64,000 bases of DNA from Chrysomallon squamiferum (Eukaryota > Animalia > Mollusca): the NCBI GenBank assembly GCA_012295275.1, contig CM022669.1, forward strand, positions 7,316,001 through 7,380,000. Reading direction: 5' to 3'. The translations under genes were made by a program, and so were the position numbers. Below are positions 1 through 11,788 of this stretch, one piece after another; position 1 is the first letter of the stretch; the number at the start of each line of letters is the position of its first letter. The notes under the pieces are model-generated. The model saw only the letters and a list, made by a program, of their open reading frames with translations, did no database searches and was not told the origin of the DNA.

Positions 1-107
1 TCCTCGTGATTAGAGGTCGTGATTAGATGTTGTCCTCCTTAGCCAGTGCATTCCCTAACGTTGTCTATGGGCAGAGTCGAATCATATATGCCCGCATTCA
101 CACCCAA

Positions 108-109
<2 letters not shown>

Positions 110-194
<85 letters not shown>

Positions 195-213
195 CCTCCC
201 TCCCTCCCTCCCT

Positions 214-282
<69 letters not shown>
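110..282. repeat. (TC)n/(CCCT)n microsatellite
   Basis: Directly visible; it explains the SL/RE-repeat ORFs at 27-312. Confidence 0.97.
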
Positions 283-285
<3 letters not shown>

Positions 286-749
286 GACAAAAAGATTTTA
301 TTCCAAATTTAAAATACCTTATATTTGATTCATTTGCATTCGTTAGCAGATAACATCTGTTGCAGATTAAACTTGATTAAATATGTAATATAATTTCTGT
401 AGTATTTTTTTAAATTTTTTTAATTTTTTTTTTAACCTTTCATTTCAATTTTGCTATTCCGCCACCCAGTACACCATTATACTACAAACCATTATAAGTA
501 TACCCTTCACTCTACGACTATTCCACAACTCAGTATATCGCCATTCAGAATACTGCCTTCCATTATGTAACCACTTAATATACGAACTATCTTTTATTTT
601 TTATATTTTTTTATTTTATTTTTTTTAATTTTTTACCGCACCCATCATATCGCCATTTACAACATTTTACTGCCATCCCTCAGCGCTGACACTTCAGTGA
701 GATACAGATAACTGAAGATCATTTTTCACTGCTGTGTATGAATCGATAT

Positions 750-1260
750 AATGTTATAACACCTGACTGGCACCGTCGTCTCCCTGAGTCCACCTCACCC
801 TGGAGAAAGTTCCTGCAAATGGCATTCCAGATCTAAGGAAGGATAAGCCGGCTTTCCTGCAGTGTTGTTGACGGATTTGGAAAACGTCGCAAACGTCGTT
901 CCAGTTCGTCCCAGACATTTTGGACTGATATGAGATTCAGGGACCTGAGAGTGTAGCAGATCAACATTGTCCTGATTGAGGTACTGCTGCACAATTCTAG
1001 AGATGTGTCGTCTGCTGTGTTACTGTGTTGTCTGTCATGTGATCTCTCACAGACGTCGACGTTGACGTTGGCTTGTCATCTTCGGACTGTTCTGCTGATA
1101 CATCGCTCTTGACAGGCATAGGTTTGGCCTATGAGAGTCGCTCGCTGAAACCTGTTTCGCAAATGCATGGTTCGGATCCATGTGGTTTGGCGACAAGGTT
1201 GTCACGGCTGGACGGCCGCTACGGGGACGGTCGCTGAGCTGATTCGTGGGCGTAATAGCT
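750..1260 (-). mobile_element. Decayed, internally deleted Tc1/mariner transposase fragment
   Basis: Minus-strand translation across frameshifts gives QLSDRPRSGRPAVTT (GRPR-type linker), IRTMHLRNRFQRAT, RHISRIVQQYLNQDNVDLL, VQNVWDELERRLRRFPNPSTTLQE and IWNAI...VDSGRRRCQS, matching the Tc1 DDE C-terminal consensus. TIRs not recognised. Confidence 0.85.
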
Positions 1261-1968
1261 AACGTGAAGCTAACATTTTAAACCTTCGTGGGAAACCTCA
1301 GTGTACATCTCAGACTTAGGATGAAAGGTCATTAAGATAACAAATAATTAAATGATCACAAACTGGGTAGATCAATGAATCTCACATACCCTTACAAGAG
1401 AGATGCTGGAAACTCTAACATCATTGATTCACTGGTTAACTTACATTCAGTGATAATTAAGCATATACAAAATATACAGGTTTGCTCTGTGATAAATGAT
1501 CTTCTCTTGTAACTATATGTGTTGTTCACAGGGATCTAAAGATGGCTGACTCGTCAGTTTACTGTTGAAACTTTATCACAAGATGAAAATGCTGACTAAA
1601 CCTTTCAAAGTTTTTCCAGCTGATAATCTATCATAATTTTATTAATAAATTTTGGTATGATTTTATAGCTGCGTATGTTGTTTTATTGTTTCATTATTTT
1701 ATTTTATTTTATTATTCCTCCCCACCCGCAATATCAGAACTATTTCTTGAACCACTTTTTAATTATTTTTTTTATCTCAACTCCAAATTTAGAGGTCTGA
1801 TTCACGGACTAATGCTGATTTTTGCTAGATTTCGTCATATGGCCCAATTCGAGCGAACACATGTAGTACTGCATTTGACAAAGCGATTTCAGAGACCTTT
1901 GAACAGTACCGTATAAATAAACAAAAAATAAATAAAAGTAACAACAACAACAAAACAACAACAACAAC

Positions 1969-2004
<36 letters not shown>

Positions 2005-2986
2005 TAATAATAATATACATTGTCTAAAAACTGGATAGAAAAAAAAATTGGTAGAAAAAAACTGGCAAAAGTTTCTAAAATCGTTGATTAGTTATAACAT
2101 CCCCATCATCGTTATCATCATTATCATCAATATATTTTTATTACTGAGTAAAAGATAGTGATAGTGTTTATCTGTTTGCAAATATCCAAATACAGACATA
2201 TTTATGACATCGTATTTATATACTTGATAAAACTCCATCAAAATACAAAAATATTTATATTTACAATGGCATTGAGGTATTTTATCGCCTTTCACGTTTT
2301 AATTTCTTTAGAGTTATAACGTCATCGGTTGTGACGTAGTAAATGAAAAATTGTTCGATTTTGCTCTTGGGGAGTAGATATTTTCTGCTACTTAATTCAA
2401 GTTCGGAATTCTAAAGTGTAAACACCAACTCTAGGTACGTTTCTCTTCAAAAGAATAATACATTGTGTGGTTTCGGTGAGAAAGAAATAATTGTCTAAAC
2501 CACATTCCAAGACCATTCTTCCTCTTCTTCTTTTTCTTTCTTTCTTTCTTTCTAAATGTCTTTCTTTATCTGTTTATTTATTTATCTATTTACATTTTTT
2601 CGTTACAGATTTTTATTACATATATATATATATTGTTTTCTAACCTTATAATTTTTTTTTAAAATCTAACGAAGACAACAATACAGCAGTATTTGTGTTA
2701 ATTTTCAGTCTATCGTGATTATTTTAAATTTCAACTGTATGTGTTGTTTTCCTTTCTGCGAAAAGGTTCATATGAAAAGCCCTTACTGCTATCTGAGAAA
2801 GAGTAACCTAGCGTGTTTTGTCTCTAATTGTCTAAATAGTCTATATAAAAAAATAAAAAAATAACCACACATGAAGAAGGTATTGTTAAATAAATTAATG
2901 TTTATTCTTAAAAACTGAATATTTATTTTACTGAACTATTGAAAGACCTGTGATGTCACTTAGTAAAACTAAATGCAGCTATTACG

Positions 2987-3033
<47 letters not shown>

Positions 3034-3497
3034 TTTATTTTATTTTATTTTTGTTGTTACTTCACGTGTATGAACTAAACTGAATCTTTATCCACTGTAT
3101 ACGTGAACGTAAAGGTATTTAGATAATTCACTTTAGCGAGTATCCATCATATCATATGAGTGAGGTTTATTTACAGTGATTTAGTTAATTAGTGCAAACA
3201 ACCCTTTTAATTTTGTTTCATCTTTAACTGTGAATTTATGCAGATACATAATTATATTTCTTTTTTTTCATTGTCGTTGTTTTCAGAACTGGGTATTTTA
3301 TTTGGTTTATTTATTTTATTTTTATTTTTATTTTTATTTTCATTTTGATTTATTTTTTATTTATTTATTTATTATTATTATTTTTATTTTTATTATTATT
3401 TATTTATTTATATATTATTTTTTTCTTTTCGTTTTCGTCGTCGTTGTTATGATTAAAATTATTACAGTTATTGTTATTTCAGATCACTTCTAACGTA

Positions 3498-4646
3498 ATG
3501 TATAGATGGCGTTACAACAGTAATCAGCTAACAAGACTTCTGTTCACTTCAGTCGTATGTGCATGTTCTGTTTACCTTGCTTCTAGTTACATCACTTTAG
3601 TGAAAGAAATATATAACACAGGAACAGAAGCGCCAATTTTGGAATCACCATCAAACCTGACGACATTGTATATCCATGAAGTGACCACAACAGTTTCGTC
3701 ACAAATGAAATTAGCCGGAAATCTGCCTGTGCCAGGGGCTTTCTCCGAAGACAACTTTTATGGATTTCGTGGTTTGTTAAAATATAAAAATTACTTCAAG
3801 CCAAGATCGGTAAAGGTTTCTCCTTTGAACTACACTTTTTTGGAACACACTTCAGCACCATGTACGACAAATAAAATATACTCTTTCGTGGTTCTGGTTT
3901 TGTCACAACATCATATGAAGTCTCAGAGACAGGCTATTCGAGACACCTGGGGAAGCGTTTCTGTCAACGGATCGTGGCCTGGTTTGACTCAGAAATTCCC
4001 AACAAAATTAGTTTTTATTATCGGCGTCAGCAAAAACGAATCTTTAAACGCAGCCGTGGCCAAAGAGGCTAAAGAGAAAGGAGATGTCGTTTTGATTGAT
4101 CTTGACGACACGTACTTCAATCTGACTCGGAAGGTTCTTATGGGCTTCAAATGGGTGAAAGAATTCTGCAGTCAAACCAAGTACGTGATGAAGGTGGACG
4201 AGGATACGTACGTTAATCTCCCGAAACTGGTGAAATATCTGGAGGAAAATAACTTCACTAATAAAATATGTGGTCCCTTCTTTTCTAATGATATTGTGAA
4301 AAGAGATGGTAAATTTAGTGTTTCGACTGAATCGTACCCGGCCAAAGTCTATCCGCCGCACGTTAAAGGCAACATCTATATCATTACCATAGACATTGTT
4401 TTGAAACTCCTCGCATTGTCAGAGTACATGCCATACGTCAACGTAGAGGATGTCTACATCACCGGGATACTTGCAAAACCGTACAACATCAGACATTTAC
4501 CACTAATTCCTTACAGACCACTAAACGCCGCCCAACCTTGTTCATTAGTCCACGGACCATTCTTTGCATCCCAGCAGATTTTTGTTGAAACATTTTATGA
4601 CATATGGGAGAAAGTGAAAGACGATTCACTGTGTAGATATTATTAA
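3498..4646 (+). CDS. GT31 beta-1,3-galactosyltransferase-like type II Golgi glycosyltransferase (copy A)
   Basis: Acceptor ttcag at 3478-3482, ATG at 3498, N-terminal TM anchor. Motifs RQAIRDTWG, DTYFNLTRK..MGFKW, KVDEDTYVN (DxD), YPP..G, EDVYITG. Confidence 0.93.
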   Translation: MYRWRYNSNQLTRLLFTSVVCACSVYLASSYITLVKEIYNTGTEAPILESPSNLTTLYIHEVTTTVSSQMKLAGNLPVPGAFSEDNFYGFRGLLKYKNYFKPRSVKVSPLNYTFLEHTSAPCTTNKIYSFVVLVLSQHHMKSQRQAIRDTWGSVSVNGSWPGLTQKFPTKLVFIIGVSKNESLNAAVAKEAKEKGDVVLIDLDDTYFNLTRKVLMGFKWVKEFCSQTKYVMKVDEDTYVNLPKLVKYLEENNFTNKICGPFFSNDIVKRDGKFSVSTESYPAKVYPPHVKGNIYIITIDIVLKLLALSEYMPYVNVEDVYITGILAKPYNIRHLPLIPYRPLNAAQPCSLVHGPFFASQQIFVETFYDIWEKVKDDSLCRYY

Positions 4647-6052
4647 TCGTTAAAGAATGTTTGAATGAATCATTTTTTTCCCAATTACGATCGTTACACA
4701 TTATATGTTATTTGGTCTGACCCATACATTCGTGAACGCTGTGTAGATCAGCTGACATACTGAACCAGTGAAAATTCAACGATCTGACGTCATATTTGAA
4801 TGGAAACGGGAATGCTGTTGTTCAAAGGATCACACAAACTGAGTGCAGAGTGTGATCACAGTGTAAATGTAACATAAACGATCACTGGTTGTTAAGTATA
4901 TGAAAATGGTCCTTGTCAGTTATGTTAATATATTTTTAAAAATATTTCTTGAAATTTTAAAATAATACTGAGATAAAACGATGAAATCTCTGTAAAAAAA
5001 ACAAAGCAAAAAAAAAAAAAGAAAAAAAGAAAGAAAATATCCCAAATAACAACCCCCTCCCTAAACCTCAACCAATTACAAAATGAAACAGAAAACTGTG
5101 AGACACTGAAGACATATTTATTGCTTGGTTAGGGATCACAATACGACAGAATGGACTATAGGGTTGAATTTTGTTTCAGTATCAGATATCAGATGAATTC
5201 CAGTCTTGATAGTGAAATTATGGGTACACAACTTGCTGTACTGTTGGGTTCAGATGTTCATACTGGCCTGTCATCATCTAACTTCCCGCCTGAAATGACA
5301 GTCGGAGAATTATCTACATCTGTGAACGCACTGTCAATTCCTGAAGTAAACTCTGGTTTTGTTACCACTGCAACAGAATTCGTCTCTTTCTTTCATTGCA
5401 AATTGAAACAACTCTTCCAGTTTATATAAATAAATACTGAGAGATTTAATCTCTTTACACCGTCTTTCTTTCTTTTTCTTTTTTTAATTACGTTTTTTTC
5501 TTAAAAAAAAAAAAAAATCTTAATAGCAGAAAAAGCAAATAACCTAGATGTATATAAAAATAAAATAAAAATAATAATAATAAAACACTTTTAATTGTTA
5601 TGTAGTTGAACAAGTGTTACAAATTATAAAGAACAAGACAAAAATAACTGATTGATTTAATAATATGCATCCTTTTGACTTTTGTTCCAGACTATTGTTT
5701 GCTGTTGTTATTTTATTTATATATTGGTTTTGCTTGTTTTAACTTGTTGTTCTGAGTAATTATAAAATTGCTGATTGTTTTTCTCTTTACTCCTTACTAA
5801 TTAACCAATTCATTATTATTATTATTTATTACAGACTGAAGACATCTTATCCGTGATTGCGAATAAGGCTCCTGAACCTGCATTATTATTATTATTAATA
5901 TATTATTTTCGTCGAGTGTCAATATTAAGTTGCTTTTTACCCATTCTTTTCCAAAAATAAGAAATAAAAATAAGAAATAAATAAAATAAAATGAAAGAAG
6001 TTAATTCTCAATGTTTTAATATTTTAATAGTTCATCATTATTGTTTTGAGAA

Positions 6053-6149
<97 letters not shown>

Positions 6150-6525
6150 TTCAAATGTAACAGGCCCTTTTATTAGAGGAAATTGAAAATTCAGCAATTG
6201 AGAAAAAATGAAAATGTGCTTCTACAGCTTGATTGCTGAAATTTTATTTAATCAAAGGAATGTCTATTTCATCCTGTATTTGGTGAAGATTAGAAGAACT
6301 TGATATATTTCAGAAATGGCTATTTACTCAACACCTTCTAAACGAAATGGTCAAAACAGTACAGACATTTAACATAAGTAATAGAAAACCTTTATTGAAT
6401 TTTATTATTTTTGAATTTTATTTTTGTTACTTGCTTTTAACATACAGTTTTAATGGACTGTTGAAAAGGAATAGTATGTTGTAGTAATGACAAAAACAAC
6501 AGAATGGTAACAAAAGCTTATTTTC

Positions 6526-7629
6526 CTACAAACTATCTGCGCACAAAGAGGAATTCTGCTCTATTTTCCAGATAAAATAAAATCGGATCCCAAATATTTT
6601 CTGAGACGCTATTTTCGTTCCCTTGACGAGGTTACAGGGCGAGGCTGGAACATCTATGTGATACTGTGAGAGGGGCAGAGGAACGTGTCTGATATTGAGC
6701 GTTTTGGCCAGTATGCCGGTAATGTGCACGTCCTCGATGTTTATGTACGGCATGTACTCAGACAGAGCGAGTATCGTCATCGCCGTGTCTCTCGCCATGA
6801 AGTAAATGTTTCCTTTCACATGAGGCGGGTATGTATCCAGAGGATAAGCATCTCGAGAGACGCGGTGTTTCCCTTCCCTGGAGACGCTAGCAATCCTGAA
6901 CAGTGGTCCGTAGATGAGGCCGTGCCAGCTTCGCGAGTCGATCACTTTCATGAGCTTTGGAATGTTTATGTACGTGTCTTCGTCGGCTTTCAGGACATAC
7001 TTGGTGTTGCTGCAGAACTGCTTAATCCACTTGAAACCCATGAGAACTTTGAGAGTCAGGTTGTAGTACGAGTCCTCGAACTCGGCCAAAATCATATCTC
7101 CGTTCCGTTTGGCTTCCTCGCTGACTGCGGCATTTAGTAAACCACTGCTGTCTAACCCGAGAATAAAGAATACTTTAACCGAAAACGACTGGCTGGAACC
7201 TGGCCAAGTTCCTTTTTCAGAAACGCTGCCCCACGAACCGCGAATTGCCTCCCTCTGTGTCTTCATTTGGTGTACGGAAAGGACCAGAACAACAACTTCG
7301 TGTTGCTCGTTAGGGTCGCATCCTTTGGAAGATTCCTTCAGAAACCCGTAATCCAAAGAAAACACTTTTGTTGCTCTCGGTCTGAAGTACCATTTGTATT
7401 CCTTTATACTGTTGTGTCCATAAAATCTTTGGGAAAATGCTTCAGGTGCAGGCAAAGCGGAGAGGTTTATGGTTTCGTTTCTGTTTAATATATATGCCTT
7501 GTGGCGGCTCATACTTTCATAGAAGATGTCGTCGGAATGGGAAAAAATGTACATATCTAGCCCGAATAAAACGCCGATACAAAACATCACAATGAACATA
7601 TGCAGTCTTCTGTAGTGACGGGAATTCAT
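6526..7629 (-). CDS. GT31 beta-1,3-galactosyltransferase-like glycosyltransferase (divergent copy B)
   Basis: Acceptor at 7635-7636, ATG at 7629 (MNSRHYRR then a TM segment). Motifs REAIRGSWG, DSYYNLTLKVLMGFKW, KADEDTYIN, YPPHVKG, EDVHITG. Confidence 0.93.
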   Translation of the reverse strand: MNSRHYRRLHMFIVMFCIGVLFGLDMYIFSHSDDIFYESMSRHKAYILNRNETINLSALPAPEAFSQRFYGHNSIKEYKWYFRPRATKVFSLDYGFLKESSKGCDPNEQHEVVVLVLSVHQMKTQREAIRGSWGSVSEKGTWPGSSQSFSVKVFFILGLDSSGLLNAAVSEEAKRNGDMILAEFEDSYYNLTLKVLMGFKWIKQFCSNTKYVLKADEDTYINIPKLMKVIDSRSWHGLIYGPLFRIASVSREGKHRVSRDAYPLDTYPPHVKGNIYFMARDTAMTILALSEYMPYINIEDVHITGILAKTLNIRHVPLPLSQYHIDVPASPCNLVKGTKIASQKIFGIRFYFIWKIEQNSSLCADSL

Positions 7630-8447
7630 TGTATCTGAAAAAAAACCATGGTATATTTCATTACTACTGTTTATGTTACTACTACAACTACAGTAACTCT
7701 TACTTCTACTACTACTACTACTATCACCATCACCACCAACACCACCACTACTAATACGTCTACTGCAACTACTATCTACTACTATTAAAACTATCACTAT
7801 TACTATCATTAGTACTTCTATCTCTATTATTACTACTTATTCTTCTACAACTACTGCTACTACATGTACTACGACTGTAGTTGTTAATATTATGCTTCTC
7901 TTCACTATTATTATAGCAACAACAAAGATTTATAGGGGAGTAAATTAGTATTTTATTATTCAGCATAAAATGCGAATTATTTACTTACTAATTTACAAAT
8001 TTATTTATTTATTTTTTTATTTTTGTTTACTCCGTTAATTTCATTATTATTTTGACAGCAAAGTATTAAGATAAATTTAAATGTATTTAATATAATTAGA
8101 ATGAAGATAAATATATACAATAATACATTTTTATAATAACACCTAAGATGAATATAACAAAAACAATGAAATTTATGGTAATTAAAGTGAAGATGAATAA
8201 ATAAAAAAATATATACTGTGATCAACATGCACTATCTCTCACATATATACATGGACACACATATAAACATCATTGACAATGGATATTTCTAAGAGGTGTT
8301 ACAAAGTTATGAGGTCAGATCGTTGAATAACCAATGTTTGAGTTAACTGTTTTAAATATTGAGAGCTCACGTATACTTCAGTTGGTCTAAATGCAACATG
8401 TAATAATCGATACGGAAAAAAACATTCGTTCACGGATTATTTGACGG

Positions 8448-9587
8448 TTATTCACACAGAGAATCTTCTTTCACTTTCTCCCATATCTCGTAAAATGTTT
8501 TGACAAAAATCTGCTGAGATGCAGTGAATGATCCTGTAACCAAAGAACAAGGTTTGGCTGTGTGAAAACGCTTGTAGCCTCTCAGCGCTGTATGTCTGAT
8601 GTTGTACGGTTTTGCAAGTATCCCAGTTATGTACACATCCTCTACGTTGACGTATGGCATGTACTCTGACAATAGGAGGAGTTTCAAAACAATGTCTATG
8701 GTAATGATATAGATGTTGCCTTTAACGTGCGGAGGATAGACTTTGGCCGGGTACGATTCAGTCAAAACACTAAATTTACCATCTCTTTTCACAGCATCGA
8801 AATAAAAGAAGGGACCACATATTTTATTATTTAAGTTATTTTTCTCCAGATATTTCACCAGTTTCGGGAGATTAACGTACGTATCCTCGTCCACCTTCAT
8901 CACGTACTTGGTTTGACTACAGAATTCTTTCACCCATTTGAAGCCCATAAGAACCTTCCGAGTCAGATTGAAGTACGTGTCGTCAAGATCAATCAATACG
9001 AGATCTCCTTTCTCTTTAGCCTCTTTGGCCACGGCTGCGTTTAAAGATTCGTTTTTGCTGACGCCGATAATAAAAACTAATTTTGTTGGGAATTTCTGAG
9101 TCAAACCAGGCCACGATCCGTTGATAGAAACGCTTCCCCATGTGTCGCGAATAGCTTGTCTCTGAGACCTCATATGATGTTGTGACAAGACCAGAACCAC
9201 GAAAGAATATATTTTATTTGTCGTACATGGTGCGGAAGTGTGTTCTAAAAAAGCGTAGTTCAAAGGAGAAACCTTTACCGATCTTGGCTTGAAGTAATTT
9301 TTAAATTTCAACAAATCACCAAATCCATAAAAATGTTGTACAGAAAATGCCTCAGGCACAGGTAGATTTCGTAATAACCTTATTTCTGACGAAACTGTTG
9401 TCATTTCGTGGATTTTCAACGTCATTAGGTTTGAATGAGTTTCCAAAACTAGTGAATCTATTGGTGTGTCATCTTGTTTTCTCACTAAAGTGAAGTAATT
9501 AAAAATGAAGAATGCGATGTATACACATACGACTAAAGTGAACACAGTCCTTTTTAGTTTGTCGAAACGGCAACGCAGCCCATACAT
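8448..9587 (-). CDS. GT31 beta-1,3-galactosyltransferase-like glycosyltransferase (copy C, inverted duplicate of A)
   Basis: Acceptor before 9602, ATG at 9587 (MYGLRCRF then a TM segment). Catalytic domain nearly identical to 3498-4646. Confidence 0.93.
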   Translation of the reverse strand: MYGLRCRFDKLKRTVFTLVVCVYIAFFIFNYFTLVRKQDDTPIDSLVLETHSNLMTLKIHEMTTVSSEIRLLRNLPVPEAFSVQHFYGFGDLLKFKNYFKPRSVKVSPLNYAFLEHTSAPCTTNKIYSFVVLVLSQHHMRSQRQAIRDTWGSVSINGSWPGLTQKFPTKLVFIIGVSKNESLNAAVAKEAKEKGDLVLIDLDDTYFNLTRKVLMGFKWVKEFCSQTKYVMKVDEDTYVNLPKLVKYLEKNNLNNKICGPFFYFDAVKRDGKFSVLTESYPAKVYPPHVKGNIYIITIDIVLKLLLLSEYMPYVNVEDVYITGILAKPYNIRHTALRGYKRFHTAKPCSLVTGSFTASQQIFVKTFYEIWEKVKEDSLCE

Positions 9588-10132
9588 TACGTTACATCTG
9601 ATCTGAAATAATAATAATAATAAGAAGAAGAAGAAGAAGAAGATAACAACAACAACAACAAAAAATAACAACAGTAGGACTAGTTTTATTATTACTGTTA
9701 CTACTACTACTTCCACTGCTACTGCTGCTACTGCTAATAATAATAATAATAATAATATAAGTGTTGATACTGTTACATATTATAAACTTAAATTTTCAAG
9801 AATAAGCAATATTGTATTTAACAATAAAATGTAAATAATAATTTCATGATGTTTTGTAAGTGTGAACGCTGGCCAAAGTCGTTTAACTTAACTAACTTGA
9901 AACAAATTGTTTGATGTTCTTACCTTTACTCCTTTTAACGTGATTTTTCTACGTAGACGTTTTAACATAAACATCTCGATAGACTGAGATAATCAACAAA
10001 ACGTCGTCATAGTTCTTTACGATATTTAAAAATACATATGAATTATAAAGTGAGAAAACAAAATAAAAATAAAATAATAATCTCTAACCAGATATACTGG
10101 GATTTTGAAATCGTTGGTTCTTTTTATTCTTT

Positions 10133-10260
10133 TGACGTCACTAGGGTTGATACTGTCCGTTTGAAATGTGATAATTAGAAAGAAATAAGAAAATATAAAC
10201 TTACCGTAGAGAAAACAGAAGTTTTCCTTTAACAACGTCACGTCGGATGACGTCATGCCT
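10133..10260 (-). promoter_or_regulatory. Candidate promoter / 5' non-coding exon of GT31 copy C with CRE palindromes
   Basis: TGACGTCA at 10133-10140 and 10248-10255, and a donor-like G|GTAAGT near 10205 on the minus strand. A homologous motif precedes copy A (2315-2350; donor AG|GTACGT near 2435). Confidence 0.4.
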
Positions 10261-10291
10261 GCAAAACTGAAAGACCATAAATAACTAAATG

Positions 10292-10524
10292 CAGTGGCGT
10301 GCAGAGGAATGGTGAAGCCCGGGGCCAACTCCTTGATTGTATGTCCCAAATAATATGAGAAAGGAAGATATTTTCAAAATGAAATATAAAATAAAAACTT
10401 TATTCGATTTAAATATAAATGAACCAAAGTTATTAAGTTATTTTCTCTGATTGAATACCACCCCCCCATTTGGATGCCTGGGACCACCGCCCCTTCGGCC
10501 CCCACCCCCCTCTGCGCGCTACTG
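10292..10524. mobile_element. MITE (hAT/P-like termini)
   Basis: Terminal inverted repeats CAGTGGCGTGCAGAGG and CCTCTGCGCGCTACTG (14/16 match), flanked by the direct repeat CTAAATG (10285-10291 and 10525-10531). Confidence 0.85.
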
Positions 10525-11751
10525 CTAAATGTCATTGTAAATAAAAATAAAATATCAGTGTCATACTTTCAGTCGGTTCTTGTTCTTGTTATTGTGTCTT
10601 GATGTATTTAGCTATCTGTCGTAGTCATGTGCATATATATTTGTACATTTATTTATCTACTCTCTCGTTCATTTAGGAGGTATGAAAGACAGAAAGTAAA
10701 AGAGAGAATGATGATGATGATGATTATGACAGTAATAATAATAATTATAATAAATTTAAGAAATATTAAATGAACATCACGGTTGTTATATATCTTATAA
10801 ATTACTTCCATAAACATTTTAATAATATGAATATAGACATTGATATATATATATATATATATATATTTTAAACTGTACTCACAAATAACTTAATCGAATA
10901 GCCTAAGATATGCTTTATGACAAATGGTGAATTGTCAATATTAAAACACATTCCGTGACACCCTGTCGATAAACAAATGACGCTGTTTGTCGTTTCAACA
11001 GCTGCAACAGATAAAACAGGTATAGGAAACATGTCAGAGGGCCGCATGCATTTTTATTGTCTTGTCTGAACACGTTGCAAAACAGTTAAATATTTGTTTA
11101 ACGTCATATCGACGTTTTATTTTTTGGAGTTAATAATAAATCTGTTTGAACAAGAATGATACGAGAGAGGAAACCCGATGTTCTTTTCAAATAACTGGAA
11201 GAGATGTTTTTGTACTGTTTGTATCTTCGCATGGACAGAGCAGCATGTACGTTTACAATAATCAAAATGTATACATGTTGACAAGTATTATACAAAATAT
11301 AATCTTATATACAAAGTGTCGTTCAAAATGTTTTTTTACTCAGAAGTATCATTTAAATTATATTCTCAATTGTACGTATTCATTCATAATGCATAGTCAT
11401 GTATAATTGTTCATTCAAAACGTCTACTTCTTCAAAAAAAAAAAAAAAAAAAAAAAAAATGAAAAATGAAAAAAAAAAAAAAAAAAAAAGACTTTATATT
11501 TTTAAAATGTCCCTGCCACTTTAGTTTTGTATCCTTCTCTTTAAACGCTTATATTTTCATAACTGCCTTCGTACATTTTATAGATTTCTATACATTTTGT
11601 TTCCTTCTTTATTAACATCACTGTTTGTTTATGTATTACGTAATACAGATATACCGTAATATAACGCCAGTCTTGGACCCATAACAAATTGATAGATAAA
11701 AATATTTTACGCCAAAAGTCTTGGACCTATCTGTTTTAAATAATAATAATA

Positions 11752-11788
<37 letters not shown>

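Larger units (their letters stand above)
320..4790 (+). repeat. Left arm of an inverted duplication (partner ~8300-12080)
   Basis: 323-403 (atttgattcatttgcattcgttagcagataacatctgttgcagattaaac...) is a close reverse-complement match to ~11985-12078. The motif at 2315-2350 matches 10225-10256. The GT31 CDS matches 8448-9587. The 3' motif attcaacgatctgac is shared (~4775 and ~8315). Confidence 0.8.

Noticed and set aside
27-312. SL/RE-repeat ORFs
   Set aside because: (TC)n microsatellite translations; the same applies to similar ORFs at 5991, 35732 and 59864.
4044-7488. Antisense ORFs over the GT31 genes (4044-4361, 6685-7137, 7109-7351, 7267-7488)
   Set aside because: Shadow frames of real coding sequence.
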